From the NCBI RefSeq assembly GCF_044704955.1, contig NC_091978.1:356624001-356688000 (forward strand): a DNA stretch of 64,000 bases. The letters are read 5' to 3'. Under the pieces are notes generated by a model. The model was not told the DNA's origin, made no database searches, and was given only the letters and a program-made list of their open reading frames with translations. This DNA is from Pristiophorus japonicus (taxonomy: Eukaryota). Below, one piece after another: positions 25,535 through 38,393 of this stretch (position 1 is the stretch's first letter; the number at the start of each line of letters is the position of its first letter). A program made the translations under genes and the position numbers.

Positions 25535-26482
25535 GGGCTCAATTTTCCCCAATTATCAGCACCGTTTTTTTTGACTTGCACCATTTTTTTGGGGAGTAAA
25601 TTAAAATCTCCAAGTTTCTCCACCAGCGTAATTTACTCAGGTTCATTTTTTTTAGGCTACGATTTTTTTTGAACCTCAGGGTAACCTGCCACCCACGCCA
25701 ATTCTGGCTATTTATGCAAGTTTGGTCGACTACGATTTTTCTTAAGACGACATATGTGTTCGCTCTGAAAAACCTTCTGGGCAGTTAACAAAATCAGTAC
25801 AGGTAGGAGAATCAGCGTAGAAAATCCAGTTTCATGGCAAGGACAGCAGCGGCAGAGAAGGAGAGAGTGGGTAATTATAGCCTCTTTTACTTATGGGTTC
25901 TGTAGTACTGTAACAATCTCCTTTTTGTCTTTAATCTTGAATTAACTTTAATCTGGGGCTTTTGGTCTGGTCTGTCCACCCTTTCGGCCCGGTCTAGGAG
26001 CGGTACCAGCTCCGGGGGGAGGGAGGCTCTTCGGCCCAGGCTAGGAGCGGTACCGGCTCCGGGGGAAGGGAGGCTCTTCGGCCCAGGCTAGGAGCGGTAC
26101 CGGCTCCGGGGGGAGGGAGGCTCTTCGGCCCGGGGTTGGAGCGGCACCGGGCACCGGCAGGGGGGCCTTTCCAATTCAGTTTACTTTTGGCACTAAGACT
26201 CTTTTATATTTTCATGTTGGTATGCTGCAATGTGCTTGTGCTGTGAGCTGGCCAGAATGTCTTGTATGTTTCACTTTCCAGCGTCAGCACGCAGTGTGTC
26301 CCTTGTTACCCTGGCAACCCTATCTTTTTGGCGCACATCTTAGGCTCCACCCACAGAGCTTAAGGACAATATGCGCCGGGCCACAGTCACAAGTTAAAAC
26401 GGGGAAGTTAAAACGGCATAGTCGGGCCCCCAAAAAAAGAGCAAAAATATGCCAAAAAACGGCATTGGGGAAAATTGAGCCC
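25535..26482. mobile_element. TIR element (948 bp) inserted into a Deu-SINE, with an internal tandem repeat of about 46 bp (about 4 copies, 25982-26150)
   Basis: Perfect 19-bp TIR GGGCTCAATTTTCCCCAAT. Confidence 0.8.
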
Positions 26483-27997
26483 GATATTTCAGTATATGGA
26501 GGAAGTGTTACATTGGCAAAGGTGGCATTCATTGTTCAGTTGAAATGTTAAACTGTCTGCCTGTTCAGGTGCATGTAAAAGATCCCATGGCAAAATTATA
26601 ACAGGAGCAGTAGAGTTTTCCTGGTGTCCTGACAAACATGTATCCCTCAACCAGCACCACACAAAGAAAATAACTGATGATTTATCTCACTGCTGTTTGT
26701 GGGATCTTTGCTGTGTGCAAAATTGGCTGCCTCATTTACCCAGGCAACAATGACTGCACTTCAAAAGTAATTAATTGGCTTTGAAGCATTTTGGGATGTC
26801 CTGAAGACATGAAAGATGGGCCAGAATTTACGGTCTCCGTGACGACATACACCTTAAGCCTTCTGAAAGGCCTCGCAAGTTCCGGATTCCCACCTGCGCA
26901 AAAACCCGGATCTTGTGATCTCTCATGGTGCACCTTGACACATCTACCAAACCGACTAGAAAATCACTTTCGCTGGCACAGAATTGGGCTATTTGCCCAA
27001 CGACTGTCCAGCAATTGCCCACAAACCACTTATGGCAAGTAAAAGCAGGCTTTCACCAGCTTAAGGGTTATTATAAATCTTAAAAATGTAAACATTAAAA
27101 ATGATGCACAAACATTTAAAATTAGCTAATGCAAATATTGGCCCAGATTAAAAGGTTTAAAATTATTTTTCAAAAAATTACATTTTTATTGTTTTTTTCT
27201 GTACTGAAGGGACTTTAAATTTGAAAATGAGAACATTTATATTTATTACAGTTGTTTAAGTGGTTTAATTATTTGGGGATTCTAGTAGGATTTATAGTGG
27301 ATTCCGTTTGGAAACAGAATCGTCCTCTCATTGGAGGACCTGGCCCATGTAATCCCAGGGACGTTTTTGAACTGCCCGTTTCCTTGGGATCCCTGGGCCT
27401 TTTCGCTATCGTACGCCTGGAAGCCCAAGTCCTGAACTCTCTGTAGCTTTGGACCCAAGAGGCAAGTTCGTAGATCCTTGGAAATCTTGCATTTATATTA
27501 GCCCTGAATTTGTGGTCGGAGGCGTACCGATGTAATATAAATGCAATATATATTTTTTTAAGTTATTGTTGCAATGATGGGACAACTGAGAGGAAACATT
27601 TTAGCTGAATTCAGTACAGTAAAGTCCCCAAGATTAAAGATAGGCAGGAACTGCAAACAGTGATATATGAAATGAAGTCAGCAAAGGAAGTAAAAAGAAG
27701 AAACCAAGGTTAATTGAGAAGAAACAGGACATTATGGAGGGAGATACGAATTGGAGGATATTACACAGGCCTATCCATTTGGTGATCTGGACCTGCTGTT
27801 GTTATCTTCTGACTAAATCTATTATCTTTGGATTCAATTGTAAAATCTGAAAAACACAAATATGTTTCTTAAAAAGATCTGCCTGGCTTCCAACTGATTC
27901 AGTTAACTATCCCTGCTCTCAGAAGGTTTTAGGTCCCAGACTTTGGATCAGTGACATTTGAATCCACAGTAAAATACAAAAATTAATATGGTTTTAC

Positions 27998-28146
27998 CTT
28001 TTGATTCGCCACATCAGATAGTTCCACAAAGCTTTTGAGTTTAATGTCATAGTCCCTCATTAGTTTCCAATGGTCTCCTTGAATTCCAACCCCAACTTTT
28101 TTAATTGCTTCATCTTCCAGTAACCTTTTAAGTCCACTTGGAAATC
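27998..28146 (-). CDS. WRN: WRN exon ([49 protein letters not shown]), ExoII
   Basis: 149 bp, ttttag|...|gtaaaa, phase 1 to 0. Hand translation is open and WRN-like. Confidence 0.95.
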
Positions 28147-29951
28147 CTAAAACAAAATTCACTTCAGCAATACAGATTCAGCTCCTTTGGTAAATGGCAA
28201 ATTATTGCCAAGGAAACGTTCCATTTTCCAAATCTTCTGTGATTTCTATTCATTTGTGACTTTTTAAGTTTAAAAGCTTGTACATACTTATTTCTCATCC
28301 TCTTGAATTCTCCAAATTCCCCATGTGATTACCAGGTTGACACAGCAGGCAGGCAACCTGCCACCAAGCCTTTGGTAATGCTGCACTGGAGCTAGAACGT
28401 GTGATTAACTCACCGGACATAGCTCTGATCAGCACCTCTTAACAGCACAGCCAATATCATGAACTCACCATATGGGGAATCATGGTAGTTGGAGGGAACA
28501 ATAATCTACGCGTTGGGTTTTTCTAAAGGACGTGACTGCTGCCAACGAATGAAGTAGTTGCACAAGAACAGTTCAAGTGTTTTTTCTTTGTTTGTTGTCG
28601 TGGACTTTCCAAAATGAGGAATAAAGAAGCAGATTTAGAGAATTTTGTTAGAACCGTTAATTTTACAGAAATTTCTAACAGAGAGTTTATTTTTAAAAGT
28701 TGTTGTTTGTCCTTCGAGACAACTGTTCATAAACTGGAAAAATCACCAGTCACGTTAACCCAATCTAATAACATTAACTCAACCTAGTAACATTAATGAA
28801 ATATTATTCGTGATGTTATTAGCATTATTAGCCTGGTCTCCAGTCGTCTTGGATCCCCTTGCCACTGGACCAAGACCTTGCTCTGTCAAGCCCGTGTGGC
28901 AGCTGGTGTGCAACAGCTAACCCACATTAAAATAATTCACGCACAGGCATCTTCCACACTTAAGATGAAGTCCGGGACCAGGAACGTCAGGACCCTCATC
29001 GACAACCCCAACAGCAACAGACCGGTACCCCGTACTGCTATCATTGCCTGGGAACTCAGACGTTTCGACGTAGACATCGCCGCCCTAAGCGAGACCCGGC
29101 AAGCAGGGAAGGCCAGCTCAAGGAACAAGGTGGTGGTTGCACATTCTTCTGGAAAGATAAACCAGAAGAAGAACGCTGCCTCCATGGTGATATAAAAAAA
29201 TGAGCTAATTGGCTGTCTCAGGGACTCTCCTTGTGGGATAAACGAACGCCTCGTGACCCTTCACAGCTCAACCTAGCCCGGACACAGTGCATTACGGTCA
29301 TCAGTGCGAACACCCCAACACTAGAAGTTATAGGCGAGACCAAAGAGGAAATCTACTCCTGAACAATCCCTCCCCGAGTCCCAACGGGCGACAAGCCGAT
29401 CTTCTTTGGCGACTTTAATGCCAGAGTTGGAAAGGATACAGACCTCAGGGGAGGTGTGATCGGCAGAGAGGGAGTAGGGAAAACCAACTTCAACGGTACC
29501 CTCCTCCGGACGAAATGCTTAGAACATGGCCTTGTTATAACCAACACCTTGTCCCATTAGAGAGACAAGTACAAGGCTTCATGGCAACATTGGATCTACG
29601 GATCCAGGATCCTCGATCCAAGCACTGGCATCTGCTAGACCAAGTCATCGTCCGAGCGAGGGACCGCAAGGACGTACGCATCACCCACGCCATGACAGGA
29701 GCTGGACGGACCACCTCCTAATCCGCTTTGCCATCTCCATCAATGTAGCCCCAAAACAGTGGCTCAGGAAAATCAATGCTGGAGCAGTGACACTGCTAAG
29801 AAAGCTCTAGTCAGCTCACGACTCCCAGTGATTCAGAGATGCGGAGTGTCCACAGCGCCTGTGAAGAGACGCTCGGTCACTCGACCAGGAAACACCAAGA
29901 CTGGCTGGACGAGAACGACCAGGAGCTAATGAGCCACAAGCGCAAGGCATT

Positions 29952-32771
29952 AGAAACACAGAAACATAGAAAATAGGTGCAGGAGTAGGCCATTCGGCAC
30001 CACCGTTCAATAAGATCATGGCTGATCATTCACCTCAGTACCCCTTTCCTGCTTTCTCTCCATACCCCTTGATCCCTTTAGCCGTAAATGTCATATCTAA
30101 CTCCCTCTTGAATATATCCAATGAACTGGTATCAACAACTCTGCGGTAGGGAATTCCACAGGTTCACAATTCTGAGTGAAGAAGTTTCTCCTCATCTCAG
30201 TCCTAAATGGCTTATTCTTAGACTACGTCCCCTGGTTCTGGACTTCCCCAACATCGGGAACATTCTTCCCGCATCTAACCTGTCCAGTCCAGTCCCGTCA
30301 GAATTTTACATGTTTCTATGAGATCCCCTCTCATCCTTCTAAACTCCAGTGAATACAGGCCCAGTTGATCCAGTCTCTCCCCATATGTCAGTCCTGCCAT
30401 CCCGGGAATCAGTCTGGTGAACCTTCGCTGTACTCCCTCAATAGCAAGAACATCCTTCCTCAGATTAGGAGACCAAAACTGAACACAATATTCCAGGTGA
30501 GGCCTCACCAAGGCCTTGTACAACTGCAGTAATACCTCCCTGCTCCTATACTCAAATCCCCTAGCTATGAAGGCCAACATACCATTTGCCTTCTTCACCG
30601 CCTGCTGTGCCTCCATGCCAACTTTCAATGACTGATGTACCATGACACCTAGGTCTCGTTGCACCTCCCCTTTTCCTAATCTGCCGCCATTCAGATAATA
30701 TTCTGCCTTCGTGTTTTTGCCCCCAAAGTGGATAACCTCACATTTATCTACATTATACTGCATCTGCCATGCATTTGCGCACTCACCTAACCTGTCCAAG
30801 TCACCCTGCAGCCTCTTAGCATTCTCCTCACAGCTCACACCGCCACCCAGCTTAGTGTCATCTGCAAACTTAAAGAGATTCTACTCAATTCCTTCATCTA
30901 AATCATTAATGTATATTGTAAAGAGCTGGGGTTCCAGCACTGAGCCCTGCGGCACCCCACTAGTCACTGCCTGCCATTCTGAAAAGGACCCATTTATCCC
31001 GACTCTCTGCTTCCTGTCTGCCAACCAGTTCTCTATCCACATCAGTATATTACCCCCAATACCATGTGCTTTAATTTTGCATACCAATCTCTTGTGTGGG
31101 ATCTTGTCAAAATCCTTTTGAAAGTCCAAATACTTCACATCCACTGGTTCTCCATTGTCCACTCTACTAATTACATCCTCAAAAAATTCCAGAAATTTGT
31201 CAAGCATGATTTCCCCTTCATAAATCCATGCTGACTTGGACCGATCCTGTTACTGCTTTCCAAATGTGCTGCTATTTCATCTTTAATAATTGATTCCAAC
31301 ATTTTCCCCACTACTGATGTCAGGCTAACCAGTCTATAATTACCCGTTTTCTCTCTCCCTCCTTTCTTCGTGAAGACAGAACCAAAGTACTTGTTCAATT
31401 GGTCTGCCATTTCTTTGTTCCCCATTATAAATTCACCTGAATCTGACTGCAAGGGACCAACGTTTGTCTTCACTAATCTTTTTCTCTTCACATATCTATA
31501 GAAGCTTTTGCAGTCAGTTTTTATGTTCCCGGCAAGCTTCCTCTCGTACTCTATTTTCCCCCTCCTAATTAAACCCTTTGTCCTCCTCTGCTGAATTCTA
31601 AATTTCTCCCAGTCCTCAGGTTTGCTGCTTTTTCTGGCCAATTTCTATGCTTTTTCCTTGGATTTAACACTATCCTTAATTTCCCTTGTTAGCCACAGTT
31701 GAGCCACCTTCCCCGTTTTATTTTGACTCCAAACAGGGATGTACACTTGTTGAAGTTCATCCATGTGATCTTTAAATGTTTGCCATTGCCTATCCACCGT
31801 CAACCCTTTAAGTATAATTTACCAGTTTATTCCAGCCAATTCACATCTCATACCATCGAAGTTACCTTTCCTAAGTTCATGACCCGAGTCTCTGAATTAA
31901 CTGTGTCACTCTCCATCTTAATAAAGAATTCTACCATATTATGGTCACTCTTCCCCAAAGGGCACAACAAGATTGCTAATTAGTCCTTTCCCCATTACAC
32001 ATCACCCAGTCTAGGATGGCCAGCCCTCTAGTTGATTCCTCGACATATTGATCGAGAAAACCTTCCCTAAAACCTCCCAGGAAATCCTCCTCCACCGTGT
32101 TGCTACCAGTTTGGTTAGCCCAATCTATATGTAGATTAAAGTCGCCCATGATAACTGCTGTATCTTTATTGCACGCATCCCTAATCTCCTGTTTGATGCT
32201 GTCCCCAACCTCACTACTACTGTTTGGTGGTCTGTACACAACTTCCACTAGCGTTTTCTGCCCTTTGGTATTCTGTAGTTCTATCCATACAGATTCCACA
32301 TCATCCAAGCTAATGTTCTTCCTTACTATTGTGTTAATTTCCTCTTTAAGACGCTACCCCCACCTCTTTTTCCTTTCTGTCTATCCTTCCTGAATGTTGA
32401 ATCCCCTGGATGTTGAGTTCCCAGGCTTGGTCACCCTGGAGCCATGTCTCCGTGATGCCAATTATATCATATTCATTAATTGCTGCCTGTGCAGTTAATT
32501 CGTCCACCTTATTACAAATACTCCTCGCATTGAGGCAAAGACCCTTCAGGCTTGTCTTCTTAACACACTTTGCCCCTTTCGAATTTTGCTGTAATGTGGC
32601 CCTTTTTGATTTTTGCCTTGGGTTTCTCCGCCCTTCACTTTTACTTTTCTTCTTTCTATCTTTTGCTTCTGCCCCCATTCTACTTCCCTCTGTCTCCCTG
32701 CATAGGTTCCCATCCCCCTGCCATATTAGTTTAACCCCTCCCCAACAGCACTAGCAAACATTCCCCCTTGG
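29952..32771 (-). mobile_element. CR1 (APE plus RT) inserted into the RTE
   Basis: ORFs 30275..30838, 30881..31207, 31171..31641 and 31976..32308. RTE sequence resumes on both sides. Confidence 0.9.
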
Positions 32772-34283
32772 ATTCTTGAACTGGAAACAGCAACACAACT
32801 CGAGAGCAAGAAAGCAGCTCTCCTGACGTCTGAAGGCCGAGGTCCAACAAAAAACTCGCAACCTAAAGAACAAATGGAGAAAGCGCAGGAGATCCAGCAA
32901 CTCGCCGACAACCACGGCGTGTATGGATTCTTTAGCGCAGTCAAGGCCACCTACGGCCCAAGCACCCAAGGTCCTACCCCACTGCAGGCTAAGATCAGAG
33001 GGGTACTCATCAAGGACAGAGAGGCAGTCAGTGCCCGCTGGAAGGAGCATTCGAATATCTTCTTAACCGAGACTCTGTCTTCGACGTGAGTGTCCTCGAC
33101 TCCATCCCACAGCATGCTACCCCGCCACCACCTCAGCACAACTCCAGCCCGGCACAAGGTTAAAAATGTCATCCGACAACTGAAGAACAACAAGGCCTCA
33201 GAAACAGATGGAATCCCCGCCAAAGCACTAAAACATGGTGGAGGAGCACTATTGGCATGAATATATGAACTCATTTCTCTTATTTCGAAGGAGGAGAGCA
33301 TGCCAGGGGATCTCAGAGATGCCATAATTGCGACCATCTTCAAGAAAGGGGACAAGTCTGACTGCAATTACAGAGGAGTTTCCCTGCTGTCTGCCACAAG
33401 GAAAGTCATTGCAAGAAACCTCCTCAATCACCTTCTTCCTGTGGCTTTAGAGCTCCTCCCAGAGTCGCAATATGGATTCTGCCCACTAAGGAGCTCATTT
33501 TCACCGTGCATCAAATTCAAGAGAAATGCAGGGTACACCACCAACCTCTGTACATGGCCTTCTTTGACCTTACAAAGGCCTTCGACACAGTCAACCATGA
33601 GGGGTTATGCAGCGTCCTCCTCAAATTCGGCTGCCCTCAAAAGTTTGTCACCGTCCTCTGCCTGCTTCACGATGACATGCAAGCTGTAATCCTGACCAAT
33701 GGATCCACCACAGACCCAATTCACGTCCCGACTGGGGTCAAGCAAGGCTGTGTCATCGCACCAATGCTCTTCTCAAACTTCCTTGCTGCGATGCTCCATC
33801 TCACTCTCAGTAAGCTCCCCGCTGGAGTGGAGCTAATCTACAGAACAAACGGGAACCTCCGTCGCCTCCAGTCATTGATACAGTATGCAGACAACGCTTG
33901 TGTCTGTGCACACTTGGAGGCCGAACTCCAAACCATCATCAACACCTTCACCGAAGCGTACGAGAGCATGGGCCTTACACTAAACATCCGTAAGACAAAG
34001 GTCCTCGACCAACCTGCCCCCGCCTCACAGTACTATCCCCCCGATTATCAAAATCCACGACGAGGCCTTGGATAACGTGGACCATTTTCCATACTCGGGA
34101 GCCTACTGTCAATCAGGGCAGATGTCGATGACGAAGTCCAACACCGCCTTCAGTGTGCCAGCGCAGCTTTCCGTCGCCTGAGGAATAGAGCGTTTGAAGA
34201 CCAGGACGTCAAACCCGGTACCAAGCTCATGGTCTACAGAGCAGTGGTGATACTGGCCCTCCTATATGCTTCAGAGACATGGA

Positions 34284-36273
34284 ATTTCACTCCAGTGGGG
34301 AGCTTGTTGATTGTGAGGTGGAGCATGGCGGCGAAGAAGATTGAGAAGAGGGTTGGGGCAATGACCCAGCCCTGTTTGACCCCGGTCCAGACGTGAATTG
34401 GGTCTGTAATGGATCTGTTGGTAAGGATCATGGCCTGCATGTCATCGTGAAGCAGGTGAAGGATGTTGACAAACCTTTGGGGGCATCCGAAACGAAGGAG
34501 GACGCTCCATAGACCCTCACAGTTGACAGTGTCAAAGGCCTTTGTAAGATCGAAAAAGCCCATATAGAAGGGCTGACGCTGCTCCCTGCATTTTTCCTGC
34601 AACTGTCGCGCTGCAAAGATTATGTCTGTTGTGCCCCATAGGGGACGAAATCCGCATTGTGATTCCAGGAGGAGCTCTTCGGCCACAGGGAGAAGACGAT
34701 TGAGGAGCACTCTAGCGACAACTTTCCCAGTGGCTGATAGCAGGGAGATTGCCCTGTAGATGCCGCAGTCGAACTTGTCCCCTTTTTTAAAAATGGTCAC
34801 AATCACTGCATCTCTGAGATCTCCCGGCATGCTCTCCTCCCTCCAGATTAGAGAGACGAGGTCATGTATCCGCGCCAACAGCGCCTCGCCATACTTTAGC
34901 ACCTCAGTAGGGATTCCATCCGCGCCCGTAGCCTCGTTATTCTTGAGCTGTTTTATGGTTTTGCCTACCTCGTGCAACGTTGGGGTTTCACCGAGTTCGT
35001 GGCGGGTTGCATGCTACGGCATGGAGTCAAGAACACTCGAGTCAAAGGCAGAGTCTCGACTGAGACACCGCCTCCAGGCCAGGTCCAAGATCACCCCAAC
35101 CTCTGTCGTTGAGCTGCAGTATGTGGACAACGCCTGCGTCTGCGCACATTCAGAGGCTGAACTCCAGGATGTAGTCAATATATTCACTGAGGCATATGAA
35201 AACATGGGCCTTACGCTTAACATCCGTAAGACAAAGGTCCTCCACCAGCCTGTCACCGCCGTACAGCACTGCCCTCCAGTCATCAAGATTCACGGCGCGG
35301 CCCTCGACAACATGGACCATTTCCCATATCTCGGGAGACTCTTATCAACAAAGGCAGACATTGATGCGGAGATTCAACATCGCCTCCAGTGCAGCCTTCG
35401 GACGTCTGAGAAAAAGAGTGTTTGAAGACCAGGCCCTCAAACCTACCACCAAGCTCATGGTCTACATGGCTGTAGTAATACATGCCCTCCTGTATGGATC
35501 TGAGGCATGGACGATGTTTAGAAGACACCTCAAGGCGCTGAAGATATATCACCAACGATGTCTCCGCAAGATCCTGAAAATCCCCTGGGAGGACAGGCGC
35601 ACCCAACATCAGTGTCCTCGACCAGGGTAACATCCCCAGTATTGAAGCACTGACCACACTCGATCAGCTTCGCTGGGCAGGCCACATAGTTCGCATGCCA
35701 GATACGAGACTCCCTAATCAAATGCTTTATGCGGAGCTACTTCTTGGTAAACGAGCCAAAGGAGAACAGCGGAAACGTTATAAGGACACTGTCAAAGCCT
35801 CCCTGGTAAAGTGCGACATCACTACTGATACCTGGGAGACCCTGGCCGAAGACTGCCCGAGGTGGAGAAAGTGCATCCGGGAGGGCGTTGAGCTCTTCGA
35901 GTCCCAACGCAAAGAGCGTGAAGAGGCCAGGCGCAGGCAGTGGAAGGAGCGCACGGCAAACCAGCCCCACGGACCCCTTCCCTCGACGAATGTCTGTCCC
36001 ATCTATAACAGGGTTTGTGGCTCTCGTATCGGACTGTTCAGCCATCAAAGAACTCACTTTGGGAGTGGAAGCAAGAGTTAGATGTAGTCCTTACTACTAG
36101 GAGATCAAGGGGTATAGCGAGAAAGCAGGAATGGGGTACTGAGGTTGCATGTTCAGCCATGAACTCATTGAATGGCGGTGCAGGCTCGAAGGGCCGAATG
36201 GCCTACTCCTGCACCTATTTTCTATGTTTCTATGTTTCCTCGATTCCGAGGGACTGCCTATGATGATGATGAT
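34284..36273 (+). mobile_element. Second RTE with a 5' inversion (34284-35065 minus), nested in the first; CR1 tail fragment at 36075-36236
   Basis: ORF 34234..34977 on minus continues as plus-strand RTE from 35066. (GAT)n tail and flanking GAGACATG direct repeat. Confidence 0.85.
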
Positions 36274-37419
36274 GAGACATGAACTATATACAGCAGGCAC
36301 CTCAAAGCACTGGAGAAGTACCACCAAAGCTGCCTTCTCAAGATCCTGCAAAACCATTGGCAGGATAGGTGCACCACATCAGTGTTCTCGCTCAGGCCAA
36401 CATTCCCAGCATCAAAGCATTGACCACGCTCGATCAGCTCCGATGGACAGGCCACATCATCCGCATGCCCGATTCGAGACTCCCAAAACAAGCACTCTAC
36501 TCAGAGCTCTGACACAGCAAGCGAGCCCAGCTGGGCAGAGGAAACGCTTCAAGAACACCATCAAAGCCTCCTTGAAAAAGTGCAACATCCCCACCGGCAC
36601 CTGGGAATCCCTGGCCCAAGACTGGTCAAAGTGGAGGAGAAGCATCCGGAAAGGCGTCGAACACCTCGGGTCTCTTCGCCGGGAGCAAACAGAGGCCAAG
36701 CACAAACAGTGGAAGGAGCGCACGACAACCCAAGCATCCCACCCACCCATCCTTCCTACCACTGTCTGCTCCACCTGTGACAGAGACTGTAGGTCCTGCA
36801 TCAGACTCATCAGTCACCTGAGATCTCATTTTTAGTATGGAAGCAAGTCATCCTCGACTCCAAGGGACTGCCTAAGAAGAAGATTATTGATGTGCTTCAG
36901 CACTTCTCCGATTCGCCATCTGTTGTGGTGAACATTATTTCCTAAATTTGGCACCCGACAAGTTTGTGCAAAATGTTTCTGCGCAGCTTCTGGGTCATTG
37001 GCAGGAGTCACTCGGTTTTCGGACATGTGGAAGGGAACACTAAGAAGTGTGTGTTCTAAAACACAAGTTCTCAACTTAGATGCTGACCCTCAAAATAGTT
37101 ATTAACATTGAATTTACCACTGTGGCCATTTAGTCTCGAACAGTTAGAACAGGACCACAAGAAGAATATTGTAACCAGACATGGAAAGACAAAGCAGTCA
37201 GCACATTCTAATTTCTAGTCGGGCTACAACAACTTTTACTTTTATGAAGATGATGGAATTGGGTTCAGCCATCAAATAGTCTGCTGATACTCATTTCCTC
37301 ATTTATACATGAAGAGCAGTTACTTCTGTGAGGTATCAAAGGCGTGCCAGTACCCACCCACCTGCCTTCAGGAGAGAAAGGGAGAAAATTGGAGAGAGAA
37401 AAATACATCAAGCTCTAAC

Positions 37420-37565
37420 CTGACATGGAAGAGATATGGAACAGGTAGCACTTGTTCTCAGAGGCACATAGCTGAATAAGTGCCACTTTTCCCACCTTTC
37501 CTTTTGTGTATACTGGAGGCCACTCGATGTCAAACCCAATAGCTGATTCCTTTGGCATAGAAGAC
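37420..37565 (-). CDS. WRN: WRN exon with the ExoI motif (GFDIEWPP...KVALIQLC...[10 protein letters not shown])
   Basis: 146 bp, ttcag|...|gttaga, phase 2 to 1. Lies inside ORF 37415..37654 and carries the DEDDy catalytic D-x-E. Confidence 0.96.
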
Positions 37566-38277
37566 CTGAAGCAAAAAAGAAATGACACTTTATTCCAAAA
37601 GAGTGGCTGGCATTTACAATCTGTAAATATTAACAATCTGAAAATAAAATCCACAGTCCTAAAAGAGGGAAACTCAACCCTAGGATCTCCTCTTTGAAAA
37701 TATAAACTGTTGCAAACAATAACTAATGAACATTCATTTATATATTTCCATTTTCATTACTACTTTTTAATAAGTACCATCAGAGGATTGATTTACCAAT
37801 TCCGACAGGGCAAGACACTTGAATTAATATTAATACCCAGGGCTTCTCCTCATCGATAAATGAACTATGCTTTTTGTATGGAGGAGGGGAGGGGGAGGGG
37901 GGGGGGGAGCATGTAACAATTATTTCACCCATTCACCGATCATATGTCCTTTCCTGATCTTCCCAGCTTAGTCACAACTGAGATGACAAGAGGCAAGTGA
38001 CCTTCTCCCAGACCTGCACCAATCCGCTCAAGCTAGCTCCCAAGAGAACACTGACCAAATGATGTCTGCACCCAAGATGTTCGTTCACCCTTGGTGAGAA
38101 AACAGTTCACTTTTGTTTGATACCTCGCTGCAGGGTAGCGATTTATATCACTAACTCAGGAGAGTGGGGGATTCTTAGGCCCCAATCATTCTGCCTCATC
38201 CACACCAATAAATGAGAAAAATGGTGCTATTCAATTTAGGCATGAGGCAAAATATAGCTCACTTTCAGAAATCTTAC

Positions 38278-38393
38278 CTTAAATCTTCTGATAGAAAGTT
38301 ACAGTCATTTACTTCGTAACTGCAAATAATGGCCCCAGGAAACTCCAAGAAGGGAAGTTTGTCCTCCAGAACATTTTTGTTGATACAAGAAAC
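38278..38393 (-). CDS. WRN: WRN exon ([38 protein letters not shown]), start of the exonuclease region
   Basis: 116 bp, ag|...|gtaaga, phase 0 to 2. Matches the WRN EDDLPFLEF...FLSED motif. Confidence 0.93.

Larger units (their letters stand above)
28831..36882 (+). mobile_element. Near full-length RTE LINE carrying nested insertions
   Basis: APE remnants (DIAALSETR, GDFNARVG), RT (FFDLTKAFDTV, QYADN), C-terminal C2H2 (CSTCDRDC...HLRSH) and an (AAG)n tail. Confidence 0.88.

Noticed and set aside
28831-28935. Possible HDV-like ribozyme at the RTE 5' end
   Set aside because: Several short stems are present (GTCTTGG/CCAAGAC, CCAGT/ACTGG), but I could not fit the nested double pseudoknot by hand. 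It needs a descriptor search on the family consensus.
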